A program made the translations under genes and the position numbers. A stretch of DNA of 64,000 nucleotides from PVC group bacterium. Lineage in GTDB: Bacteria > Auribacterota > Erginobacteria > Erginobacterales > Erginobacteraceae. Each line of letters begins with the position of its first letter. The stretch's first letter is position 1. The stretch covers positions 344-64,343 of the forward strand of contig JAZDIV010000106.1 in assembly GCA_043804695.1 (NCBI GenBank), in the 5' to 3' direction. Below the pieces are notes generated by a model, which had not been told where the DNA came from, ran no database searches, and saw only the letters and a list, made by a program, of their open reading frames with translations. This document shows, one piece after another, positions 1-8,629 of this stretch.

Positions 1-123
1 CCCGGGAAGAATGTGGGCCGGGGGCGGGATGACACCCTCTTCGCCCTCATCGACGGCGTCGTCCGCTTCGAGAGCCACGGCCCGAAGAAGAGTGTCTCGA
101 TCGCACCGGCCGCCGTTTCCTGA
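1..123 (+). CDS. rpmA: 50S ribosomal protein L27, C-terminal fragment (gene runs off the left edge)
   Basis: Frame-1 translation [40 protein letters not shown] matches the conserved L27 C-terminus. It lies directly upstream of obg, the common rpmA-obg arrangement. Confidence 0.8.
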   Translation, partial: PGKNVGRGRDDTLFALIDGVVRFESHGPKKSVSIAPAAVS

Positions 124-161
124 GCAGGCTCTCCCTTTGCCCTTCAGGAGCCTGTCCCGGC

Positions 162-1241
162 ATGATCTCTGACCCGCCGCCTCCCGCCTGCCGGCGGGTC
201 GGGAGCCGGCGCTCACCGAAGGCTCCTCATTTGAAAAAATCCTTCATTGACAGAGCGAGGATCACCGCCAGAGGCGGGCGGGGGGGGGACGGCTGCCTCA
301 GCTTCCGGAGAGAGAAGTATGTTCCCCGGGGGGGGCCCGACGGCGGCGACGGCGGCGATGGGGGAAGCGTGCATCTGGAGGCCTCCGTTCACCCGGGATC
401 GCTGCTTCCTTTTTGCTACCGCCCCCTTCTCGCCGCCGGGGACGGGGGCCACGGTCAGGGCAAGGACAAGAAGGGGAAAAACGGGAAACCGCTTCTCCGG
501 CCGGTTCCCCTGGGAACCCTGGTCCGGGATGCCGAAACCGAAGAAATCATCGCGGACCTGATGGAAGCCGGGCAGCAGCTCCTGTTGGCCCGGGGCGGAA
601 AAGGGGGGCGGGGAAACGCCCGCTTCGCCACCTCCACCCGCCGCGCCCCCCGGATAACCGAAAAAGGAGAAGCCGGCGAGGAACGGGTCTTCACTCTTGA
701 ACTGAAGCTGCCGGCCGCGGTGGGGCTGGTGGGGTACCCCAACGCGGGCAAGTCCACGCTCCTCTCCGCCATTTCCCGCGCCCATCCCCGGATCGCCGCC
801 TATCCCTTCACCACCCTGATCCCCAGCCTGGGCATCGTGACCGATCCGGAAATGGGGTACCGGACGATCACGGCGGTCGACATCCCGGGCTTGATCGACG
901 GAGCGCACAAGAATATCGGCCTCGGCCATGCCTTCCTCCGGCACATCGAGCGGTGCCGGCTGCTGGTGTTTGTTCTCGATATGGCGGGAGCGGACGGCCG
1001 ACGTCCGGCCGATGACTATGCCGGTCTCCGCCGGGAACTGGAACTGCATAAACCGGAGCTGATCGCCCGTCCGTTCCTGATCGCGGCCAACAAGATGGAT
1101 CTTCCGGGCGCGGAAGAGGCTTACCGGGGTTTTGTGCGTTCTTCCCGGCTCTCCGCCTCCCGGGTGCTGCCGATATCGGCTCTGAAGAAAGAGGGGCTGG
1201 ACGAACTGAAGCGGGCTCTCTTCGCCGAAGCGGAGAACTAA
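162..1241 (+). CDS. obg: GTPase Obg/CgtA
   Basis: Obg fold N-terminus (FIDRARITARGGRGGDGCLSFRREKYVPRGGPDGGDGGDGGSV). G1 GYPNAGKST, G3 DIPGLI, G4 NKMD. The real start is probably the in-frame TTG at 231, because Obg proteins begin about at (M)KxFIDxA. Confidence 0.95.
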   Translation: MISDPPPPACRRVGSRRSPKAPHLKKSFIDRARITARGGRGGDGCLSFRREKYVPRGGPDGGDGGDGGSVHLEASVHPGSLLPFCYRPLLAAGDGGHGQGKDKKGKNGKPLLRPVPLGTLVRDAETEEIIADLMEAGQQLLLARGGKGGRGNARFATSTRRAPRITEKGEAGEERVFTLELKLPAAVGLVGYPNAGKSTLLSAISRAHPRIAAYPFTTLIPSLGIVTDPEMGYRTITAVDIPGLIDGAHKNIGLGHAFLRHIERCRLLVFVLDMAGADGRRPADDYAGLRRELELHKPELIARPFLIAANKMDLPGAEEAYRGFVRSSRLSASRVLPISALKKEGLDELKRALFAEAEN

Positions 1242-1339
1242 TCATCTTATTTTTCCAAAGGAAAAAAAAGAATGTGCAAGCATTGAATCAACATCGCAGG
1301 AATATTTTAAATCACATTCTTTCAGCGAGATGTGATTGT

Positions 1340-1372
1340 TATAAATTTGCGAGCGCAGCGAGCTAATTTATA
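1340..1372. repeat. AT-stem/GC-loop hairpin abutting the proB start (partial copy of the bipartite intergenic repeat)
   Basis: TATAAATT-TGCGAGCGCAGCGAGC-TAATTTATA. The same motif occurs at 10862-10892 and 19166-19196. Confidence 0.6.
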
Positions 1373-2510
1373 TGATGGCTGAAAACGGAACCGGCAGGGA
1401 ATCGCTGGCTAAGGCGCAGCGGATCGTGGTCAAGGTGGGGAGCCGGCTTTTGACCGGGGGGACGGGATCCATTAACGAGAGACTGGTCGGCCGGCTGGCC
1501 GGCCAGCTGGCCGACCTGAAGCGGGAGGAGAGGGAGGTCCTCCTGGTGACTTCCGGCGCGATCGCCGCCGGCCGCCAGGAGTTAAAGATGAAAAGCCTCC
1601 CCGGCACCCTCCCCGACCTGCAGGCGGCGGCGGCGGTGGGCCAGGCCATCCTGATGCATATCTATCACCGCCACTTCCGCCGGGAGGGTTTCAGCGTCGG
1701 ACAGATCCTGCTCACCCGGGACGGTCTGCATAATCGGGATCGCCACCTGAACGCGCGGCACACCCTGCAGGCTCTCCTGGAGAAAGGGATTATCCCGATC
1801 ATCAACGAGAACGACACCGTGGCGGTGGACGAGATTAAATTCGGGGACAACGATCACCTGGCCGCCCAGGTCGCGAATCTGATTCGGGCCGATCTGCTGA
1901 TCCTTCTCACCGATGTCGACGGACTGCTCCGCCCGGCTGCGCGTCCCGGGAGGAACCGGGAGATCATTCGCCGGGTGGAAAAAATCACCCCCGGGATACT
2001 GGCGATGATCGAGGACGCTCCCCGGGAGTACTCGCGGGGGGGATGGGGAGCAAGCTGGAGGCGGCCGGCATCGTCACCCGGGCCGGGGGGCAGGTTGTCA
2101 TCGCCAACGGCTCCCGGCCCGGCGTGATAACCGGCATCCTCCGGGGCGAGGAGATCGGCACTTTTTTCCCGACCCGGTTCGGGCAGCTGCGTTCCCGGAA
2201 GTCCTGGATCGCGTTCTCCTGTCTGTGCAAGGGACGGATCATTGTTGATGAAGGCGCCCGGCAGGCTCTGGTGAAGCGGGGCAAGAGCCTGCTCGCATCC
2301 GGCATCATCCGGGTGGAAGGAAAGTTCCGGGCGGGCGACATGGTGAGCATCAGCGGGGAGGACGGCCGGGAGTTCTGCCGGGGCCTGACAAACTATGACT
2401 CCGGCGAACTGGGAAAAATCCGCGGGGAGAAAACGGGGCGGATCAAGGCCATCCTCGGGTATAAATACTATGATGAGGTAGTTCACCGGGATAATATGTT
2501 GATACTATGA
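1372..2510 (+). CDS. proB: glutamate 5-kinase (AAK domain + PUA domain), reading frame broken at a G7 homopolymer (2036-2042)
   Basis: ORF 1372-2127 carries the kinase N-terminus (RIVVKVGSRLLT, VTSGAIAAG, INENDTVAVDEIKFGDND). ORF 2043-2510 in another frame continues with MGSKLEAAGIVTRAGGQVVIANG and the PUA domain. One extra G would give ...SRGGMGSKLEAA, matching the G-G-M-x-(S/T)-K-L motif. Confidence 0.85.
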
Positions 2511-2743
2511 AATGACGAAACCCGAATGACGAAACCCGAAGGAATGTTCAAGCCCGAATGCCCATAGGGCTCTTCGTCGCGTTTTGCTTGGCGGTAGACT
2601 TGATGTTAAACCCAACCAGAGGAGAATCCGACAACTTTCGTCATTTGCCTCCGCATGAACACCGAGGCCGCTTCGGCAGATGCGTTTCAACATTCGGATT
2701 TAGTCATTCATTAGTCATTCGTTATTCGAATTTCGTCATTTAG
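2509..2743. repeat. intergenic element bounded by imperfect inverted repeats (AAATGACGAAAnnCGAAT)
   Basis: Left end gaAATGACGAAACCCGAATGACGAAACCCGAAGG. The reverse complement of the right end is ctAAATGACGAAATTCGAATAACGAATGAC. An internal GAATGTTCAAGC motif recurs at about 1270 and about 53665. Confidence 0.5.
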
Positions 2744-2803
2744 AATGCTGTCCGGATCATCACTATCCCCCCACACGGGACGGAAGAGAGGAATATATGG
2801 CTT

Positions 2804-3427
2804 ATGAGCAATAGACGCCCACATGAGATCGGGCTTCTCGGCGGGGCCTTCGACCCCGTCCACAACGGCCACCTGGAGATGGCCCGGGCGGCGATGAAGG
2901 AATGCGGGCTGGACCGGGTCATCTTCATCCCGGCCTCGATTTCGCCGTTCAAGTCGTCGGCGCCCCGCACCGCCGCCCGGGACCGGCTCGCCATGCTGCG
3001 CCGGGCGCTTGCCGATCAGCCGGGATGCGCCGTCTCCGGGATTGAACTGGCTCGGGGCGGGGTGTCGTACACGGTAGAGACCGTCCGGCAGATCCAGGGC
3101 GAGCACGGCCCGGACGCTTCGCTTTCTCTGATCATCGGGATGGACAATCTTCTCCAGATCGCCGGCTGGAAGGAGATTGAATTGTTGATCGGACTCTGCC
3201 GCTTTATTATCATAGCCCGGCCCGGATGCGAGACCAGCCGGCTTTCCGGGAAGAATAAATACTGGGCGGAAAGGATAATCGCAAGGGACAGGGGGCGCAT
3301 CCTCCCGCTCTCGATCCCGATCTCTTCCAGCGCCGTCCGGGGAGCCGTCAGGGAGGGCCGGGATCTCACGGGCCTGGTGCCCCCCGCCGTGGCTGGCTAT
3401 ATCAAGGAAAAGGGCCTTTATTTATGA
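2804..3427 (+). CDS. nadD: nicotinate-nucleotide adenylyltransferase
   Basis: IGLLGGAFDPVHNGHLEMA (the (H/T)xGH nucleotidyltransferase motif) and a C-terminal ISSSAVR motif. ATGA overlap with rsfS. Confidence 0.9.
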   Translation: MSNRRPHEIGLLGGAFDPVHNGHLEMARAAMKECGLDRVIFIPASISPFKSSAPRTAARDRLAMLRRALADQPGCAVSGIELARGGVSYTVETVRQIQGEHGPDASLSLIIGMDNLLQIAGWKEIELLIGLCRFIIIARPGCETSRLSGKNKYWAERIIARDRGRILPLSIPISSSAVRGAVREGRDLTGLVPPAVAGYIKEKGLYL

Positions 3428-3780
3428 ATGCGGAAGAGATAATACAAACCGTGGTCGAAGTCTGCCGCGGTAAGAAGGCAAAAGACATGATCGCCCTTGA
3501 CTTGCGGGGCCTCTCCACGCTCGCTGATTTCTTTTTCCTGTGCAGCGCGGAAAACACCCGGCAGGTCAATGCCGTTGTCGAAGAGACAGCCGCGCGCCTG
3601 AAAAAGGCGGGGCGCCGGCTGCTGCGGACGGAAGGGCTCCCCGAGGCCCGCTGGGTGGTGATGGATTACGGGTCCGTGCTGGTCCATGTTTTCCTGGACG
3701 AGGTCCGCGAACACTACTCGCTGGAGACATTATGGGGGGATGCCCCGCGGAAGGAGTACGGCCATGCTGCCGGAGATTAA
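3424..3780 (+). CDS. rsfS: ribosomal silencing factor RsfS (iojap-like)
   Basis: KKAKDMIALDLRGLSTLADFFFLCSAENTRQVNAVVEE...WVVMDYGSVLVHVF...YSLE.LW, typical RsfS. nadD-rsfS synteny. Confidence 0.9.
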   Translation: MNAEEIIQTVVEVCRGKKAKDMIALDLRGLSTLADFFFLCSAENTRQVNAVVEETAARLKKAGRRLLRTEGLPEARWVVMDYGSVLVHVFLDEVREHYSLETLWGDAPRKEYGHAAGD

Positions 3781-5458
3781 CAGCGCGATTTCAGATATGA
3801 TCAAGGCGGCCTTTCGCCTCGCCGCCGACCGGGGTCTGCTGCCCCCCGTCTCCCTCCCCGTTCTCGAGTTCGAAGTTCCCCGGGAGAAGGGGCGGGGCGA
3901 CCTGTCCTCCAGCATCGCCATGCAGACGGCCTCCCGGGTAAGACGCCCCCCCGGGGAGACGGCCGGGATCATCGCTTCCCTGATCGAGCCGCTCCTCAGC
4001 GACGAGACGGTCATCGCCGGGGTTGAAGCGGACCCGCGCCGGGGGTTCCTCAACTTCACGGTCTCCGCCGGCGCGCTCCGGCAGGCGCTCCGCCGGCTTC
4101 TGGAAAACCCGGGACGGTGGGGTGAGAGCGAAGCCGGAAAAGGGAGAAAGGTCCTGCTCGAGTTTGTCAGCGCCAACCCGACCGGTCCCCTCACGGTGGC
4201 CCACGGCCGCCAGGCGGCGGTGGGCGACGTCCTCGCCAATCTGCTGGCCAAGGCGGGCTTCCGGGTCTGCCGGGAGTATTACCTGAACGACCGCGGCCGG
4301 CAGATGGATATCCTGGGGAGATCGGTCTATCTGCGCTGGCGGGAATTGCAGGGAGAGCGGATAGATTTTTCGGCTGAATACTACCAGGGGGAATATATCG
4401 TTACCCTGGCCCGGGCGCTTCCTCCGGAGATCCCGGCGGGGCCGGCGCCCGGGGAGGATCCTTCCGGAACGATCGAGCGCTGCGGCTCGTACGCCAGCAG
4501 CGCGCTGCTGGCGATGATCAGGGGTGAATTGGATGATTTCGGCGTCCGCATTGATTCCTGGGTGAGCGAAAAAGACGTGGTCGCCTCCGGGCAGGTCGAT
4601 GACGCCCTGCGGGATCTGGCCCGGCGGGGAAGCACCTATGAAAAAGACGGGGCCCTCTGGTTCCGGTCCGCGGCCCACGGCGACGAGAAAGACCGGGTTC
4701 TCCGGAAGCGGGGAGGGGAGCTGACCTACCTCAGTTCCGACATCGCCTATCATCGGTCCAAGTATGGCCGGGGGTATGACCTGATGATTGATTTCTGGGG
4801 GCCCGATCACCACGGCTATATCGCCCGCCTGAAAGGGGCCCTGGAGGCGCTCGGATTGGACCCCGGGCGGCTGGAGGTCGTCATTGTCCAGCTGAGCACG
4901 CTCTGGGAGGGGAAGAAGAAACTCTCGATGTCAACCCGGCTGGGGGAGTTCGTCTCTCTCCGGCAGGTCCTGGACAAGGTGGGGAAAGACGCCGCCCGGT
5001 ACTTTTTCGTCCGGCGGCGCAAGGAGAGCCACCTTGATTTCGATCTTGATCTCGCCCAGAGGAAGTCAAACGATAACCCGGTGTATTACGTCCAGTACGC
5101 TCATGCCCGCATCAACAGCATCTTCAAGCGGTTCCGGGAGAAGACCGGCCGAGTCCTGCCGGATTTCCCCAAGATCGATCTCCGTCCTCTGGAGACGCCG
5201 GAAGAAATGGAGATTATCAAGAAACTGATTTTCTTCCCCGACACGGTGGAATCCGCCGCCCTCACCCGGCAGTGTCACATTATACCCAGCTACCTGGAGG
5301 AACTGGCCTCCCTCTTCCACAGCTATTACAATGTCTCCCGGGTGATCACCGATGACGCCGGGACGACCGCCGCCCGCCTGGCCCTGGGCCGGGCGGTCCA
5401 GTCGGTCCTGGCGGAGGGATTGGCCGTCCTGGGCGTCGCGGCGCCGGAGTCGATGTAG
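3764..5458 (+). CDS. argS: arginine--tRNA ligase
   Basis: Class I motifs (SANPTGPLTVAHGR is the HIGH region, LSMSTR is the KMSKS-like region) and a DALR anticodon-binding C-terminus (NPVYYVQYAHARI). Start placed at ATG 3764 (MLPEINS); the ORF-track start 3686 overlaps rsfS extensively. Confidence 0.93.
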   Translation: MLPEINSAISDMIKAAFRLAADRGLLPPVSLPVLEFEVPREKGRGDLSSSIAMQTASRVRRPPGETAGIIASLIEPLLSDETVIAGVEADPRRGFLNFTVSAGALRQALRRLLENPGRWGESEAGKGRKVLLEFVSANPTGPLTVAHGRQAAVGDVLANLLAKAGFRVCREYYLNDRGRQMDILGRSVYLRWRELQGERIDFSAEYYQGEYIVTLARALPPEIPAGPAPGEDPSGTIERCGSYASSALLAMIRGELDDFGVRIDSWVSEKDVVASGQVDDALRDLARRGSTYEKDGALWFRSAAHGDEKDRVLRKRGGELTYLSSDIAYHRSKYGRGYDLMIDFWGPDHHGYIARLKGALEALGLDPGRLEVVIVQLSTLWEGKKKLSMSTRLGEFVSLRQVLDKVGKDAARYFFVRRRKESHLDFDLDLAQRKSNDNPVYYVQYAHARINSIFKRFREKTGRVLPDFPKIDLRPLETPEEMEIIKKLIFFPDTVESAALTRQCHIIPSYLEELASLFHSYYNVSRVITDDAGTTAARLALGRAVQSVLAEGLAVLGVAAPESM

Positions 5459-5472
5459 ACCCCGGGTGTAGA

Positions 5473-5943
5473 GGGGTCAAATCTTTCCTCTTGACAGAAA
5501 GCTTACGGATGTTATCTTTGGGGCATGGCCAGGTCTCTGAGAATCCAATATCCCGGAGCGTACTATCACGTTACCTGCCGGGGAAATGGGCGGAGAAAAA
5601 TATTTTTAGATCTCCGGGATCAAAAAATATTCCTGGAGAAGTTATCTCTCAACGAAGAACAAAACGGAGTTTATTGAATATCGAATAATTCTAAATTACA
5701 TGGGGGGAGATAATCGCCAGGGAAGGGATGCATATCGCAGGTTTGTTACCCGGAAAATCGGCAGGGAGGAGGAGATTACGCAGCCGGAGATCGGAAGATT
5801 GGTGGGAGGAATAGATTATAGCGCGGTTAGCCCGGCCCGGAAGAGATTCCAGAAGCGGATGAGGGAGAATCCGGAAGCGAGAAGAAAATTCGAAAAACTG
5901 AATGATCAGTTGATCCAATTGTCAAGAGGAAAGATTTGACCCC
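5473..5943 (+). mobile_element. 471-bp element with perfect 24-bp terminal inverted repeats enclosing a degraded Y1 (RAYT/IS200-like) transposase gene
   Basis: 5473-5496 GGGGTCAAATCTTTCCTCTTGACA is the exact reverse complement of 5920-5943 TGTCAAGAGGAAAGATTTGACCCC. Confidence 0.7.
5525..5939 (+). pseudogene. internally deleted Y1 transposase (RAYT-like N-terminus + DnaA-C-like HTH C-terminus)
   Basis: A 50-aa ORF at 5525-5677 (MARSLRIQYPGAYYHVTCRGNGRRKIFLDLRDQKIFLEKL...) matches the N-terminal motif of REP-associated/IS200-like Y1 transposases but stops before the HUH motif. ORF 5700-5939 (ITQPEIGRLVGGIDYSAVSPARKRF) resembles the C-terminal DnaA-type HTH of the same proteins. Confidence 0.65.
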
Positions 5944-6000
5944 AATTCTTCCCACCAATTCTTCCCAATTCTTCCAATTCTTTGACTGCGGCTAAAGTTT

Positions 6001-7929
6001 TTATCTGACCGTTACCCAGACCGGGCTCGACCAGGCCATCTGGCCGTCTTTCTGGACGATTTTCGCGTAGTACCAGGAGATCCCCGCCGGCGGAGCTTTG
6101 TCCTCGAGCAGGCATTGCGCGAAGACACCGTCTCCTTTCTCCGAAAAAACAACATCGCCGTTCCTGATTACCTCCACCCGGTCGATCTCGCCGCATCCCA
6201 CCGCCCGGACGGCGACCGGGATCGGTCCCTTCCGTGCCGGCCAGGCGACTTCGGATCCCATGGGAGAGTCGGCGGCCCGGAAGTTGAGGATGATCTTCGC
6301 CCCGGTGGTTCCGTAGACCTGCCGCTTTTGGAAAGCCTCCCAGACCGCTTCCCGGGTCAGTCCGGTGCTGTACACACCCAGAAGACCGGTGACCATCGCT
6401 CCGATGCTGCCGTTGCCGGTATGACCGTCATGATTGTCGCCGCCGCCGCAGATGCCCAACCGGTAGCCGCGGGCTAAAGCGTCCCGGACGAAGGTGCCCC
6501 GGACCGGGTGGTAGATGCAGGACTCGCAGCCATAATATTCGCAGACGCCGTGGATGGAGCTGACCTCGACCAGCCGTTCCCGCGGCCCCGGCGGTATGTT
6601 CCAGTCGGTCGCCACCGGTCCGCCGCCGACGTGATGGGCCACGGTCATGGCCGGATAGGGCTCGATCAGCTTCCAGAGTTCCTGCGGGGTGTCGCTTTCC
6701 GGGTCGATCGAGCGGAAGACCGGCCCCTCGCCGTCGCGGTAATAGACGTTCCGATGGCCGTAGCGCCAGTTGGTCCACTCGAAGCCGAGAAAGGTGACGA
6801 ACTCCCTCGGCCGGTAGGCTTCGTTGGCCGCCCGTTTGATCCGGTCCCAGGCCGCTCCCTTAATCCGGATCGTCCCGTAGTCGGAATGGTCGGTGAGAGC
6901 GGCGATGTCCAGGTTCGAAACATCGCGGGCATAGCGGTAAAAATCCTCCGGGGTGCCGGTCCCGTCCGAGAGGCGGGAGTGGCCGTGAATGTCCCCGAAG
7001 TAGAGGTGGAGTGACGGTTCCCCCTCCCGGCAGAGGAGAACGTTGCTCTTCCCGGTCAGTCCTTCCGGGCCATCTATAGTGAAGAAGTATATTCCTTCGT
7101 CTTTCGGCGTGTAGGAAAAAGAGATGGTTTTTTCTCCCCCGGCGGCGTTCACCGTTTCTCCCGGCAACGGTGCCGTTGCACCCTCACGGCTGACGGAGAG
7201 GGTGTAGATTCCGGGGGAAGAGCCCCCCCAGTTGCCCTGCTCATCGAGGGGCGCGGCGCTGATCAGCGCCTGCTCTCCCGGCTGGAGGAGGGAGGGGGCC
7301 GACACCCGGAGCCGGACCGGAGTGAGGGCAACGGTCCGAACCAGGGGTGGCCGGGCGATCGGCGCCGCATGGCCGTCGCCGTCGGCGTCGGTGAAGATCT
7401 GAAACATCTCCTCCGCCTCGGCGAAGCGGTCGACGGCGGCATTCCGGTAGGTGAAGGTGATCTTGGCTCCGGCCGGGATCGTTTCCCCGGGGGAGAAGAC
7501 GACGACCCGGTTCAGGGGGAGCACCTCCACCGAAAGAGGGGGATCGGCAACGGAAGGCCGGACCTCGACCGATCCCGGGCTGCCCGGAGAACCCCTGTGA
7601 GGCGGGGACCACCCCCACCAGGGCGAGATCTGGAGCATGATAAAGCCCCCCGGCTCGATGCCCGCTTCCCCGACGGTGAAGTCGATCGTAAAGTCCTGCC
7701 GTTCCCCGGCCGGAAAAGGCCCGAAAGATTCCGGAGTCGCCGAACCCTGTCCGTCGATCGCGGAAGGTTCGGCATCGAGAAAGGGCACGATCTCGGGCAC
7801 CCAGCCCTTCTCTTCCGGGCCATCCGGATTGAAGACCGGCTCTTCCGGATGGTTTTCTTTACATCCGGTTCCGGCAGAGATGATCAGGAATGATAATATC
7901 GCCGCGAGTTGTATGCTCTTGTGGGGCAT
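6001..7929 (-). CDS. secreted lipoprotein with PHP/CehA-like metal-dependent phosphoesterase domain
   Basis: Lipobox (LIISAGTGC). His/Asp-rich PHP-type motifs GDIHGHSRLSDGTG, ALTDHSDYG, AHHVGGG, GGGDNHDGH. Only minus-strand gene in this neighbourhood. Confidence 0.6.
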   Translation of the reverse strand: MPHKSIQLAAILSFLIISAGTGCKENHPEEPVFNPDGPEEKGWVPEIVPFLDAEPSAIDGQGSATPESFGPFPAGERQDFTIDFTVGEAGIEPGGFIMLQISPWWGWSPPHRGSPGSPGSVEVRPSVADPPLSVEVLPLNRVVVFSPGETIPAGAKITFTYRNAAVDRFAEAEEMFQIFTDADGDGHAAPIARPPLVRTVALTPVRLRVSAPSLLQPGEQALISAAPLDEQGNWGGSSPGIYTLSVSREGATAPLPGETVNAAGGEKTISFSYTPKDEGIYFFTIDGPEGLTGKSNVLLCREGEPSLHLYFGDIHGHSRLSDGTGTPEDFYRYARDVSNLDIAALTDHSDYGTIRIKGAAWDRIKRAANEAYRPREFVTFLGFEWTNWRYGHRNVYYRDGEGPVFRSIDPESDTPQELWKLIEPYPAMTVAHHVGGGPVATDWNIPPGPRERLVEVSSIHGVCEYYGCESCIYHPVRGTFVRDALARGYRLGICGGGDNHDGHTGNGSIGAMVTGLLGVYSTGLTREAVWEAFQKRQVYGTTGAKIILNFRAADSPMGSEVAWPARKGPIPVAVRAVGCGEIDRVEVIRNGDVVFSEKGDGVFAQCLLEDKAPPAGISWYYAKIVQKDGQMAWSSPVWVTVR

Positions 7930-8285
7930 TATATAGAACTTAGCCGTCGCTCCGCTCGGGCAACTTATTAGTTAATAACATCTATTTTTTCTCCGTGGTC
8001 TCCGTGATCTCCGTGGTAAAATTCAAGCCATCTTCGAGAATAAGCCGCTTAAAATACCTTTTCGAGTAAGGTATAGCTCAGTAACTGTGGGAAAGCTTGT
8101 TAAGCCCGATTCCCTGCTTCCCTGGATCGAGGTTGGAAACCTCTCCCACAATTGGCTGCTCTTTGATCGGGGCAAGATACCCTTTATACAAATGGTTATT
8201 GGAACTCCGATACAGAAACGAAGTTCACTAGTATTTTTCCCGCCTCGAATCTTTGATCGGGGCGGGAAAAATAATATAACATAGC

Positions 8286-8314
8286 TTCCACTTTATTTGA
8301 CACCCTGATATAAT
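8286..8314 (+). promoter_or_regulatory. sigma70-like promoter (TTCCAC-17-TATAAT) giving a leaderless or near-leaderless transcript of the 8321 gene
   Basis: TTCCAC at 8286-8291, TATAAT at 8309-8314, ATG at 8321 (6 nt after the -10), and no Shine-Dalgarno sequence. Confidence 0.45.
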
Positions 8315-8320
8315 AAGGAC

Positions 8321-8629
8321 ATGAAAAATGGACACCCTCCTGGGTTTTTAAAATCCTGCTTCTGGGATATTAAATTCGAGGAATTACATTATCAAGAGCG
8401 GCCCCGGTTTGTCATTGAACGGATCCTTGAATATGGCGGCCGGGAAGCGATTAAATGGATGATTGCCGTTTATTCCCGTGCTCAGATCATCGATACGCTT
8501 TTACGGAGCAGGAACGTATCCCCCAAAACAGCCAATTTCTGGTCATTATTTTTCCATATCGACAAGGAGCGGATCCGGTGTTTGAAAAAGTCCTTCCGGG
8601 AAACACGAAAGAAATTCTGGCCTTATTAG
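8321..8629 (+). CDS. small conserved partner protein of the AbiEii-type nucleotidyltransferase (putative antitoxin, DUF6922-like)
   Basis: FWDIKFEELHYQERPRFVIERILEYGGREAIKWMIAVYSRAQIIDTLLRSRNVSPKTANFW. I recall this pattern from about 100-aa proteins encoded upstream of AbiEii/AbiGii genes. Overlaps the next gene. Confidence 0.5.
   Translation: MKNGHPPGFLKSCFWDIKFEELHYQERPRFVIERILEYGGREAIKWMIAVYSRAQIIDTLLRSRNVSPKTANFWSLFFHIDKERIRCLKKSFRETRKKFWPY

Noticed and set aside
213-1049. Long antisense or overlapping ORFs in the track (for example 213-1049 -, 3791-4813 -, 9555-10613 -, 11461-12453 -, 13948-14718 -, 14969-15847 -, 36587-37171 -, 48923-49948 -, 57734-58474 -, 58525-59361 -)
   Set aside because: Each lies opposite to, or out of frame within, a gene with clear family motifs. 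Their translations are Arg/Pro/Gly-rich low-complexity strings, typical of open frames in GC-rich DNA.
5491-5688. 65-aa ORF from the track over the transposase remnant
   Set aside because: It is out of frame with the recognisable Y1-transposase N-terminal motif, which is encoded by the shorter 5525-5677 ORF. The 5491 ORF has no family resemblance.
8060-8150. tRNA-like start (GGTATAGCTCAGTAACTG...) in the gap after the lipoprotein gene
   Set aside because: There is no matching D-stem closure (GAGC), no GGTTCGAATCC-type T-loop and no acceptor-stem complementarity. At best it is a decayed fragment. No tRNA is called anywhere in the window.
8233-8272. TTTTTCCCGCC...GGCGGGAAAAA hairpin as an intrinsic terminator (the same applies to 56597-56632)
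   Set aside because: The T-run precedes the stem and the A-run follows it, so no U-tail follows the hairpin on either strand. These are extended palindromes, not canonical rho-independent terminators.
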